From Prorocentrum cordatum (Eukaryota): a DNA stretch of 55,784 nucleotides. Below are positions 24,131-35,633 of this stretch, one piece after another. The notes under the pieces are model-generated. The model did not search any database, was not told the origin of the DNA, and was given only the letters and a program-made list of their open reading frames with translations. The position numbers were made by a program, and so were the translations under genes. The stretch covers positions 62,001-117,784 of the forward strand of contig CAUYUJ010000132.1 of assembly GCA_963575745.1 (NCBI GenBank), in the 5' to 3' direction. Within the stretch, counting starts at the first letter, position 1, and each line of letters opens with the position of its first letter.

Positions 24131-26935
24131 ACGTTTCTGTATCGGTCGCCCGCGTTTCTCCACGTCCTTACTCCTGGCCCGCTTCTTCTGCACCAGTGAG
24201 AACTAAAACATATGCTACGGAGGACGAGGTGGAGGAGGAAGGTAGGAGGACAAGGAAAATGAGGATGGGGAGGATGCGGATGGGAAAGGGGAGGATGAGG
24301 AGGAGAAGGAGGGGGAGTGAGAGGAGGAGAGGGGGAGGAGGGGCCTGAGAAGGAGGTGGTGGAGGAGGACGGAGGAGGGAGGAGGACCAGGGGAGAAAGG
24401 AATACCAAAAGAAGGAGAATGAGGGTGGGGTCGAAGGGAAGGCCGAGGACGAGGGAGAGGAGAAGGGAGAGCAGGGCAAGGGCGAGGACGATGAGGAGGA
24501 AGAGAAGGAGGAGGAGGAGGAAGAGGAGGAGGAGGAGGAGGAGGAGGCAGGAGGAGGAGGAGGAGGAGGAGGAGGCGAAGGAGGAGGAGGAAACACAAAG
24601 CGATGGGGAGACGGAGAGGATGAGGACGATGAGGAGGACGAGCAGGAAGAACATGGGAGGGACCTGTAGAATAACAGGAGGAGAGTGGAGAGGGTAAAAA
24701 TGAGGTGGATGGGTAAAGATGGGCGGGAGGAGGAGGCCCCAAGGACCGCCAAGTCCTGTCCTCCTCCTCCTTCTCCTTCTCCTCCTCCTCCTCCAAGTCC
24801 TCCTCCACCGCCTCCTCATCCTCCACCCCCACCCGTCTTCAGCCCCGACGGCATCCACAGCCGTTTGCAGCGTAGTTGATTCGCCACTTCAGTGACGATT
24901 TTTTGGTGAGGCCACGAAACGCGTCAGGGGTGCCCCGAAAACCTTCGTGGTTCAACGAAACGCGTGAGGGGTGCACCGAAATGGGCTCGACGTCTTCGGC
25001 GGAAACCCGTTTGCGGAAATCAGGGAACTTGCCCCGGACCCCCCAAGCTTTCCGACCAACGCCCCAAAACCCGTGCGGGGTTTACGGGGTGCTGGCGTTC
25101 GAGAACTCGCCCCATCAAGCCCCAATCCCGCAACCCCTGGCGGCAACTGTCGGCAGTCAGGAGCATCGGTTTGGGGTTGTGCCTCAAGACAAGGCATCTC
25201 GGAGATTTGGGTTCTGAGGCTGTCTCGGGCAAAATTGGGCCTGAGCGCCTCGCGAATCGCATCTTCGAAACCAGATGTGTTACTGTAGGATGTATCTGGC
25301 GGACTGCGCCACAACCGAAAGCACATCAAGACACGTCAGATCCTGATGTGCTGGGGCTGTCTCAGGCGAAACAGGTCCGAACACCTCATGAACTCTATCA
25401 TGGAACCCAGAGGTGTCAGGATGCCTCTGGCGAACGGGTCAGAACACCTCGAGCCAAGGGGTCCCGAACATTTGTAGGTCAGGGCCTCTGCGGGCCATGA
25501 GGCTCTCTTGAAAACAACCCCTCCCCTGCACCTCCCTGGCAACGCCATCGGGGTTGTTGGGCTGCCCACGGCGACCCAAGCAACTATGGTTCAGACGCAA
25601 TGCGTCCCACGCAAGTTTCTGCAAGCAATCACAAGAGGGGATCGAAAACAATTTCAAAAGCCAACAGAAGTGGCCAGCAAAGGCGATGCGGCTCTGAAAC
25701 ACATCATAAAACAAACGTGCCGTTCGTTAGACGCCCTTGGTTGTCAAAACACCTGTCCGCATCACAAGGCGCGATCCAACCCTGGCGACGACGAACGCAC
25801 CGAAAGCGTCGATAACGTCAGTACCTGTGCCACTTCCTTCTTCCAGAACGGTCGGCCAGGACATGGCATCAAGACCTGCTTGGCGCGAGACTGCGGTAGG
25901 CCACGCAATCTGCGTGGACGCCTCATCAGATCCAGTAGTAGTACTCGCCAGCCAGGTAATGAAACTATTTTTCTCGGACCGGACAGCGTGATTCCAGCAG
26001 AAGCAATGCACAATTTCGACTCGCGAATTGCGGGCCGAGCCACAAGCAGCCTGCCCACCCCAGAGACATCTGGCGGACATATCCGACGATCACCCGACTC
26101 GATGAGGCAAGACAAACACGACCGTTGCGACGTCAAAAGTCGTTCAGCGTCGTAAGAACGCACATGGCCGGGCGTCACACTTATTTCTCATCGCCCTTAT
26201 CTTCCTTATCATGATCATCATCCTCCTCGTCCTCCTGCTTACCCTCCATCGGTTGCGCCATAGGTTGCGCGGCCGCCGAGAATAAATGGGAGGGGGGACG
26301 GTTAAAAAAATAGTTTCCTTGGGCGGGAATGTTCGGGATTGGGATCTGGGGGAGGGGGAGGGGGGGGGAGGGGCGAATTTTTAACCGCTTTTGGACATTA
26401 CCTGGTCTCTTTGGTTCCTCTGGCGCCGCCCAAAATGTTCAACTGAACCGTCGGAGGCCCTTGCGTTCTTACCGCGCGCCCCTCCGATCCGGCTTGGCTG
26501 TGCACGCGTTGTGATGCCTGGACGGCCAACATCGAGTCGCGAAGTCGGACCGGGTCAGAACGAGCATCGAATCGGGTTGCAGGGGTTGGGGGGTCGAAGG
26601 CGGGTCAAATCGGCTGCGCACGGATACGCAACTACGCTATGTGAGCATCGGGCCGCAACGGATCGCCTGGAAGGCGAAACCGATTCGGACCGAGCTTGGT
26701 GAATTCGGGATCGAGCCGTATCGATCGAAACGGAATGGGCCGTGTGATGCGGAGGCTGGGGAAGCATTGGATTCGTGCCATCGCGTGTGCGATGTCAGGG
26801 TGGACGGCCAGACCTCCGCACGTTGTCGTTTTGGTCCTTCCCCCGGGACCGCTTTTCTCGCCTACAGCATGTCGATGATTGATTGTCCTAGCGGCCTTTG
26901 CCGCCAAAATGATGGAAAGGCATTCGTCCGAGGCT

Positions 26936-27098
26936 GGGATTTATCCATATTCACCGCCTGGGGGATCGATCCCCGCGGACCTCCGCAGGCGGTGAGTATG
27001 GATAGATTCGGGCCCTCGGGGCCAAACTCTATCCATATCCACCGCTCGCTGGGGCACCAGGACGTCGGTTCCCAGGCGGTGGACATGGATAAATTCCC
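26936..27098. mobile_element. Double-hairpin MITE-like element
   Basis: Four copies of TATCCAT(A/G)T(T/C)CACCGC-like sequence in alternating orientation. The outer pair forms ~27-bp TIRs. Confidence 0.75.
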
Positions 27099-28326
27099 GC
27101 CTCGCACATTCAGGATAAAAAACTGAAACAGCCCGCCAGCTCCATCCTGCCTCCCTCTGTCTCCCTCGGTTCCCCTCTCCCTTCCCCTTCCCCCCATGCC
27201 CTCACTCCCAGCTCTCTCCTGCTTTCCCTCCTTCCCCCTCCCTCCTCGTCCCTCCCGTCCTCCCTCCCGGCTTCCCGAGCCGTCCCCCCCCGCGGCAGGG
27301 AGGATGGCGGGTGGAGAGGAAGGCTGGAGGAGAGCGGGAAGTGGGAGGGAAGGAGCACATCCTTCCCTTCTCGCCTCGCCCTTCCCGCCTCGAATCCCGC
27401 CATTCTGAAGGTGGTGCAACAGGGTAGGAGTGCGTACACCCAAGACGCTGAAATAAGCAAGAGTCTGGGTTCGGAAGGGGATCGATGTGTTTTAGATCCT
27501 TCCATTGCTGGTTCTCTAGCGCTCCTCGTCCACGCGGGCTTTTTGGATCCCAAAAAAGGGTAGGAGTTCGTATCGCTGCAGTTCGAACTCTCGACGCGTC
27601 GCGCATCCCCATCAGCCCATCCAAGAACAATCCCGAGGCGAGCTGCATTGATCGGGGAAGTGTGCCGGGGAATAAACAATGACAACAGAAACTCAGAGGT
27701 CCACGCATTTCTCGGATCGGCGCTGGACCCCCTCCCTGGCGCGCGGAGCTTTATCCATACATGGTTCCGCGGGCCTTTCGTTATTGGGGGTGGGTCAGCA
27801 GTCTCCCTTGGGACCCTCTTGGGGCTGAGTTGGCAGCCTCTTGGGCGCTCCTGGGGCGATCTTGGAGGACATCGGTCAGAGAAGGGGGGGGTTCTCAATT
27901 TAGCCACCCTCCATCGGAGGCCCAACAAATACGCTCTTGAGGTGTTCTTGTGTCGCTCGTGGGCGCTCTTGGGCGTTATTCGGGGCCTTCTTGGAGCACT
28001 GTACGTAGTGTCCCTCTTGGAGCTCTCTTGTGCGATCGTGGAGTCATTTTGAGGCTTCAAAATACAATCGGAAGTGAAAAGGCCAGAAGGCCAAAAAACA
28101 TTGAGTTTCTCGATTGGTTTGGGAAGAATGTGGGCCTCTCGAGGGCGTCCCTGGGAGGCTCCGTGGCCACTGGGTGCCGTCTTGACGATATCATGGGTCT
28201 TCATGGAGCCATGTTGGAAGCTACATCGAATCATTGTCAGAGTGAGGGGGGCGAACGGTCATTCATTGTCCTTGGGTGCGTGGCTGAAGTGGGGATCCGT
28301 TCTGAGGATTATGCTTGTTGCGTTGG

Positions 28327-28381
<55 letters not shown>

Positions 28382-28467
28382 GATGGCGGTGGTGTTGTTG
28401 TAATTGTGGTGGTGGTGGTGGTTGTTGTTGGTGTTATTGGTGGTGGCCTTGTGTTTGTTGTTGTGTT

Positions 28468-28511
<44 letters not shown>

Positions 28512-28557
28512 TTGATGTTGTTGTTGTTGTGGTGGTGGTTGTTGTTTGTTGTCGTCG

Positions 28558-29102
28558 TCCCACCCGCGACCCACCCGCGACCCACCCTGCGACCCGCCCC
28601 GCGACCAACCCCGCGAGCCACCCCGCGACCCACCCCGCGACCCACCCGCGACCCAACCCGCGACCCACCCGCGACCCACCCCGCGACCCACCCGCGACCC
28701 ACCCGCGACCCACTCCGCAACCCACCCGTGACCCACCCCGCGACCCATCCGCGACCCACCCCCCGCGAGCCACCCCGACCCACCCCCGCGCGACCCAACC
28801 CCGACCGCCTCGCGACCCACCCGCGACCCACCCGCGACCCATTTCGACCCACCCGCGACCCACCGCGACCCACCCGCGACACACTGCCGCGACCCACCCG
28901 CGACCAACCCCGCGACCCCATCCGCGACCCACCCGCGACCCACCCGCGACCCGTTTGCGACCAACCCGCGACCCGCCTCGCGACCCACCCGCGACCCACC
29001 CGCGACCCACCCGCGACCCAACAGCGACCCACCCGCGACCCGCCCGCGACCCACCCGCGACCCATTTGCGACCCACCCGCGGCCCACCCGCGACGGACCC
29101 AC
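28558..29102. repeat. Minisatellite (ACCCACCCGCG)n, 11-12-bp unit
   Basis: Direct inspection. It is preceded by (GTT)n/(GCTGTT)n at 28323-28550. Confidence 0.95.
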
Positions 29103-30257
29103 ATTGGTTTAACGAAAAAATCGGCGCCTGCGGCGGGCTCGCTGTGTAATTGGTGAAACTTCGGCGCCTGCGGCGGGCTTCTCCAGAGTCTCGCAAACTG
29201 CCGACGTCCCCACCGCCCCCTCACTCTTATCCGCATCTGCGGGTTGCTACGTAGGCTATATTGAGCGATCTTGGCTGCCATCTTAGGCTATCTGGGGCCG
29301 TCCTGAACCCATATTGGAGCCATCTTGGACGCTCGTACCACCCGCGACCACCCCCTTCCAGATCCTGGAGGGGTGACTGGGGGAGGAGTCAAATTACCCC
29401 AAAGGGCGGCCGCAAACCATCTCGGTCACTCCCACCCGCCATCCGACCAACATAAGTAGCACCCGAGTCGCAGTGCCAGGCGCGCCAGCACACTTGACCG
29501 CACACATCGGGAAACACGTCGGCACCCCACCATCCTCGTGTAACCCCTCCCTGAAGATGATGAAGAAGAAGAAACAGAAAGGTGAGACGAAGAAGAAGAA
29601 GAAAAAGACGAGGGGATGGAAGAACGACGTCGTGGACCCACCCACGTCCAGAGGGCTGGTGGGATGATTACGGCCGGGAACTTCTACTCAGCATGTCGCG
29701 CCGCCGGTTTGGGCCCAACGCGCTTCGGCGAGACATGCTGACAATGTCCCCGTCCCCGGGCGCCCACGTCCCGAGCACTTCCCAGCCTTTTGATTGTCCT
29801 GGCCAGAAGTGCGGCCGGTCCATGAGGGCACCGTATCGCGCCCTGGAGCGAGCAAAACGGTCGATCCCCGCTTCACGGGCTATGTGTTTCTTGTTTCCGT
29901 CTTCGGCCACGCGCAGAAGGGGTGGGGGGAGGGGGGAGGACTTCTTCGGGCGGGATTCGGAAGAGGATCAACCCGTTCCAGAGCGTTCCGGAACGCTCGC
30001 AGATCTTTCCGGAATGCTCTGAGAAGGCCGCGGCGCTCGAGAGACGTCCTCCAGAGTTGCCGGATCCTAAAGATTCTCGACTTATCCTCACCCGATGCTA
30101 TCTTCACCCTGGCTTCGTCTTATTTCTTGGAAGCACCCCCGCTTCTAAGAAGGCGCGGGCCCTATCTATAGATGTAGGGCCCGCGCCTTCTCAAAAATCA
30201 GCCTCCTCCTAAGAAGCCTTCCTCCCTCTCCCTACCCCCTTGTGCGCACCGCTAACG

Positions 30258-30372
<115 letters not shown>

Positions 30373-30716
30373 AGTCGTCGTCGTCGTCGTTGTCGTCGTC
30401 GTCCTCTTCCTGTTCCAGTTTCACACTTTTCAGTTTCGCGCGGCAAGCGACGAGCTCAGAGAATTCCAACTGCAATTCTCTGGGAGAAATTAAATATCTC
30501 CGCTGGTATATCCGCGGCCGAAAACTGGAAAAGCTTCGTTTCTTCTGGCAAACCGTTGGGTGCAATAACAAACAAATACCGGCATCTTCCTTGCGAAGAC
30601 CTCCCAGGAGTTGCTTCTGAAGCGAACGTGAGTTTGCTTCAATGGGGCTGGCCCGCTAACCAAGTCGACGCGGTTAGCAGACGAGGGCGCTTCGGAGGAT
30701 CGGGCGGGGCCGGGAG

Positions 30717-30749
30717 GACTGCCAGCACTGGCTGGACATCTGGCAGGAG
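30717..30749 (+). CDS. 33-nt micro-exon (DCQHWLDIWQE), first half of a further Cys/Trp-rich repeat
   Basis: ggag|GAC...GAG|gc, phase 0. Joined to 32717 it gives DC-x6-W-x2-GW-x3-KK-x-WCC, the same C-to-W spacing as the repeat at 12133. Confidence 0.75.
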
Positions 30750-31372
30750 GCGCCGCTGCCCCTGCGCCGGCCCCCCCCCCAAAGCCAGCCGGCGCACGGC
30801 CACGCCAACGTTGCTTGGCCCGCCGCTCCCTCCTCCCTCCCTGCCTCCCCTGCCTCCGGAGGAGGGAAGGAGGTGGAGGTGGAGGTGGAGGAGGAGGAGG
30901 AGGAGGAGGAGGAGGAGGAGGAGGAGTAGGAGGAGGACGAGGAAGAGGAGGAGGAGGAGGAGGAGGAGGAAGGAGGACGAGGAGGAGGAGGGAGGACGAG
31001 GAGGAAGAGGAGGAGGAGGAGGAGGAGGAGGAGGGAGGAGGAGGAGGAGGACGAAGGAGAAGGAGGAGAAGGAGGAGGAGGAAGGAAGAGGAGGAAGGAT
31101 GGAGGAGGAGGAGGAGGAAAGATGAGGGAGACCCCGGGGCCCGGAGGCTGCGCCCAGGCTCCGCACACGACCAACACCTCTCCCGCCTTGCTGTGCTCAA
31201 GACGCCGAAGGCGCCGCCGCCCTCCGCCAGCGCGGCGTGGCGTGCCCGCAGAGGCGCGCCCGGCCCCAGCGGCACGGCGTGGAGAGCGGGCGTGCCGTCG
31301 TGGGGGCCGCAGGGAAGGGGCCCGGCAGGCGCCCAGCCAAGACCAGACCCCCTCGCGTCGTGAGCACAAGCA

Positions 31373-32190
31373 TTAAGTCGGGCCTGTCCCCCTACAGGGG
31401 GATTTTCGACGAAACAAAATATGTTTTAAAAAACAACAACAAAAAATGCTACAAAAATGCCCCCAAAAGGTCTAACATATTCAAAAATAGATCCCATATT
31501 GTTTTTGGATTATGTTTTGATTCTGTCTGGTGTATTTCCCTACCTTGGCTTTGCCTAGAAGGGTTCTTACTCTGTTGGCTTAAAGGGGCCGGGCAGTGGA
31601 AATCGCCCCGGGCGGTTCCCTCCGTCCCCTGGGAGCCAAGCAAAAGCAACAGCGAAGGTAAAAACAAACGCGCGGTTCCCCCAGTTGCGCTCCTTGGGTG
31701 CCAAGCAAAAGCAAAAGCAAAGGCAAAAGTGAAGGCAAAAGCGAAGGCAAAGCAAAAGCATAGCATAGCATAGCATAGCATAGCGCAGCATAGCATAGCG
31801 CAGCATAGTATAGCATAGCATAGCCTAGCCTAGCCTAGCCCAGCATAGCATTGCGCATCATAACATTGCATAGCATAGCATCGCATAGCATAGCATAACA
31901 TATCATAGCATAGCATAGCACAGCATAGCATAGCGTAGCACAGCATCCACGATTGCTGCTGTTACATATATATATATATATGTGTGTATGTACTTATATG
32001 TGTGTGTGCGCACGTATGTTCCATGCATGTTGTCCGTCTGTGGGCCATCTCCATGTTACGCATGCAAGCAGGACAGCGTTTACCGCTCCTACTAACGTTG
32101 TTTTCCTAGAGGCTCCAACTCCGAGGTAGGGTCGCACTGGGATATTTTTGTTGTCGAAAATCCCCCTGTAGGGGGACAGGCCCGACTTAA
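31373..32190. mobile_element. 818-bp non-autonomous DNA transposon (MITE) with perfect 38-bp TIRs and 8-bp TSD
   Basis: TIR TTAAGTCGGGCCTGTCCCCCTACAGGGGGATTTTCGAC at 31373-31410 and its exact reverse complement at 32153-32190. TSD CACAAGCA at 31365-31372 and 32191-32198. Confidence 0.92.
31538..32141. mobile_element. Same element, copy B, nested inside the 818-bp MITE
   Basis: CCCTACCTTGG at the left terminus, inverted CCGAGGTAGGG at 32121-32131, then TCGCACTGGG. Internal sequence shared with 5547-7081. Confidence 0.85.
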
Positions 32191-32716
32191 CACAAGCACG
32201 ACGGACCGCTTCTGCTACTTTCGGGGGGCGTCGGGGGCCCTCGCCGGGCCTCAGAGCCCTCACGAAACGGTTCGGGAGGAAAGGAGCCAGTCCTGGGGAG
32301 GGGGTCCAGACCCCTGGGGGGGTCCACGCCGCGACGAGGTAGCATGAAGTCGGGGGGGGGGGCCCGCAGGTGCACGAAAAAGGTGCACCTTTTCTGCACT
32401 CCTCCGTGGATTGTCCCCCACTAGCAATGTCCGAGAGGCCAAGATGCTGGGAAAAAGCTAGGACCCAACTTTGACCGTCGATCCTCCATATACCCATCGG
32501 GCAGCCTAAGACAAAGCATCCATGCTCATTGGCTCCAGGTCTCGCTTAAGAATGTCAAGATTCTGGACTGGACCCTGGGCGTTTTTTTAGCGTCTTGATT
32601 CGTTGAACTTTATTATCTATCTGGACCTGGGCTACCGTCTAAGACAACGCTTGGATTGACGTCCACTCTCTTGGTGAATCACTTTCTAAACTCTAAGCAG
32701 GGGCGTCGCCCGCCAG

Positions 32717-32803
32717 GGCTGGACCAAGGAGAAGAAGGAGTGGTGCTGCAAGAACGAGCAGCTCGGCTGCCCCGACTCCGACGCCGACGGCACCATCCGC
32801 ATG
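32717..32803 (+). CDS. Internal exon (GWTKEKKEWCCKNEQLGCPDSDADGTIRM), second half of the Cys/Trp-rich repeat
   Basis: Acceptor gccag|G; GW..KK.WCC....GC motif; all codons end in G/C. The donor ATG|gc at 32803 is tentative. Confidence 0.8.
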
Positions 32804-34079
32804 GCCTCGGAAGAGCAGCGCATGGCACAGCAGGGCAGCTCGATGGAGAGGTTGTTCCACGAGGACTCGCTCCGTCGCGCCTCACTCCAGACATCCAGCG
32901 CCTTGAACAAATCAGGGCTCGGGGAAACGCAAGACTCGAGTGCGCTGGAACACGGATTTGCCCACGCTTTTTGACGGGCCCGTTCTCGGTGTTGACAATA
33001 TGGTTTTCGTGGGACGTTTGCAGCGGGGGTTCTCGTCAAGTCTCAGATTGCGTCTCGCCATTGTCAGGATGGCCCCGTCAGGCCAGCCCGAGTCCCCCGA
33101 ACCCGAGTCTTACGTCTCCCCGATGCAGACATCCAAGATCTTGAAAAAACCCAAGACGGAGGTTCATCACCGCTTTCCGCCTCTCAGGGGTCCCTTGCGG
33201 TGCCCAGGGGCCGTGGGAAGAAGCGGCTCAGGACGAAGAGCCAGCCCCGGGGGAAAGAATAGGGGGCTTCCAGAGCAAGAAGCCGTGCATCCATGAAGGA
33301 CGCGTGGGCAGAAATAGCAACTACAAAGTTGCCGCGGCCGCAGCGGGCGCTGATTTGAGTGTATCAAGACGTTGGTTCCCTGGGCCCTCCTCACCGTTCG
33401 GGGCGCACGTCACAGGGGTTCAGCGCTGCAGAGGTCCGAAATCCCCTCCGGGGCTGCCAGGGTTTGGGGGGGCCAGATCTGGGCTGAGCGCTATTGTGCG
33501 GAGAAAGGGGGAGGAGGAGGAGGAGGAGGAGGAGGAGGAGGAGGAGGAGGAGGAGGAGGAGGAGGAGGAGGAGGAGGAGGAGGAGGAGGGGGGAGGAGGG
33601 AGGAGAAGGCGGAGGGGGAGGAGGAGGAGGAGGAGGAGGAGGAGGAGGAGGAGGAGGAGGAGGAGGAGGAGGAGGAGGAGGGGCCATCTTCTGATCTGGG
33701 TTGAGCTATTCTGCCGCCGCCCAGGGTTCGCGGCACGGCCTCAGTTGACCCAGGCTGGCGTGGCTTGCCCTAGGTTGGCACGCCCCCGAATGATCTTCCT
33801 TCTCCACCCTCCGCGGCGTAGATGCGTTCGCTTCGGCCCCCTGCTTCAGGGCTGAGGCTGCGTGAGGCGTTTCCCACGCAAGAGGTCTCGATTGGAGCAT
33901 CGTTTCTTCAGCCGGTCGAAGTGTCATTGATTGAGAGTCCAGGGCGCCATCGCCATCGTAGCTCGTATTCGCTGCCCGTCTCCAGTATTCCAGTGGTCAG
34001 GAATATTAGGGTACATGCTCTCCCCAGCCTTGGCTCTCGTGCTCCTCATCTGCCTGAGTCCAGCGGAGGAAGACGAGCG

Positions 34080-34138
<59 letters not shown>

Positions 34139-34239
34139 AACGACAATATTTTACGATTGCGACGACGACGATGACGACGACGACGGCGACGGCGACGGAG
34201 ACTGCGAATGCGGCGGCGACGGCGACGGCGGCTGCGACA

Positions 34240-34291
<52 letters not shown>

Positions 34292-35552
34292 TGGCGATGG
34301 CGGCGACAATATCAGCTGCGGTGACGGCTACGGTGACGGCAGCGACAACGGCGGATATGCATAGGACTTTCGATGTCTCTGGAGGCTCCCGGGAGACCGC
34401 AGAGGGGAAGAACAAAGCACACACACACACGACCACCAAAAAAAACGACGGCGCTTCCCCGGTCTCAACTTGTACAGGCCGAGGTCCCTGATGAAGGCGT
34501 CCACGATTTGAAAGAAGTACGGCCTTCTTGGAAGACCGCGCCTCTTTGGCCCACAACAGCCCCTCTCCTTAGGATGCAACTTCTGGGAGGCTTGATTCCT
34601 CGCCGGCGAATCTTCGTGCTTGAAAACCAGTTCATCTTACCTAAATTGTTTGAATATGTCGTCATCCTGGGTTTGGTATAGGCGAAACTGGCTCGATGAC
34701 GCCCTCATCAGGCATAGTGGCCTTCAATCGCTCCCGCGAAGACCTCCCACGAGTCGCCTCCCAACCTCCCTTCTTCGCATCCCCCTCCGCCGCGTCCTTC
34801 TCGTCCCTCCGAGCTCTTAGCTCGCCTCGCCCTCGCCCGCCTCTGCCCCCCCCCTCTCCCCCCAGAGAAGTCGCGGGAGAACCACAAAAAAACAGGGTGG
34901 CGGATTCTCAAGGCGTTGGGCCTTTGGAGGCCTGCTTCGGGCCTCTGGGCCGTCAGGAGGAGGAGGAGGAGGAGGAGGAGGAGGAGGAGGAGGAGGAGGA
35001 GGAGGAGGAGGAGGAGGGAGGAGGAGGAGAGGAGGAGGAGGAGGAGGAGAGAGGAGAGGAGGAGAGGAGGAGGAGGAGGGAGAGGAGGGGGCAAGGCAGG
35101 AGGGGGGGAGGTGAAAGGAGAGGAGGAGGAGGAGGAGGAGGAGGAGGAGGAGGAGAAGGAGAAGCAGGAGGGAGGAGGGAGGATTTCAAATTCAGGCTTG
35201 CGCATGCGCAGAGCTGCAGACCACAGAGGAGCTTGGAGGGCGGTCTACAGACGCCCACCTGCCGGAGGACGTGCTCGCGCAGGGACGGGACGGAGACGGC
35301 AGGGGAGACGGACAGTCGGGCAACCAGCGCAAATCTCACCCGAAAGGAGGGGCGAGGGAGGAGGGAGAGGGGCTGCCTCCCTGAGATCCGACGTCACGAA
35401 ACGACTGCAGCATCGTCAAAAACATCGACCAGAGCCCTGGACCCCATCTTTCTGCCGCGTTTCTCGAGCTGGGTCCATCCGTGAGGGCCCGGGGCCCGAA
35501 ACGAGGGACAATTTCGCCCTTTGCGACACGAAGTGCGACATGCGGATCTTAG

Positions 35553-35633
35553 GGTTTCGCCCCCCGTCGCGGCCAGTACCCCGTCGTCATATCCTTCGGG
35601 GCCGGCCTGTTTGGCGTCTTCACGCTCTTCGCG
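35553..35633 (+). CDS. Candidate exon (GFAPRRGQYPVVISFGAGLFGVFTLFA) encoding a transmembrane helix
   Basis: cttag|G acceptor, GCG|gc donor, high GC3 and a hydrophobic stretch of about 17 residues. It is on the same strand and in plausible order after the repeats. Absent from the ORF track because the frame has no start codon. Confidence 0.45.

Noticed and set aside
25388..25410. HELYHGT as an ADP-ribosyltransferase motif
   Set aside because: An isolated short match with no supporting downstream motifs, splice signals or codon bias.
31158..31210. cccag|G...AAG|gc candidate exon
   Set aside because: It is 53 nt, so it would shift the frame and break the exact repeat spacing formed by 30749 joined to 32717.
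31373..31376. TTAA as a piggyBac or Kolobok TSD
   Set aside because: An exact 8-bp duplication lies outside the TTAA on both sides, so TTAA is part of the TIR.
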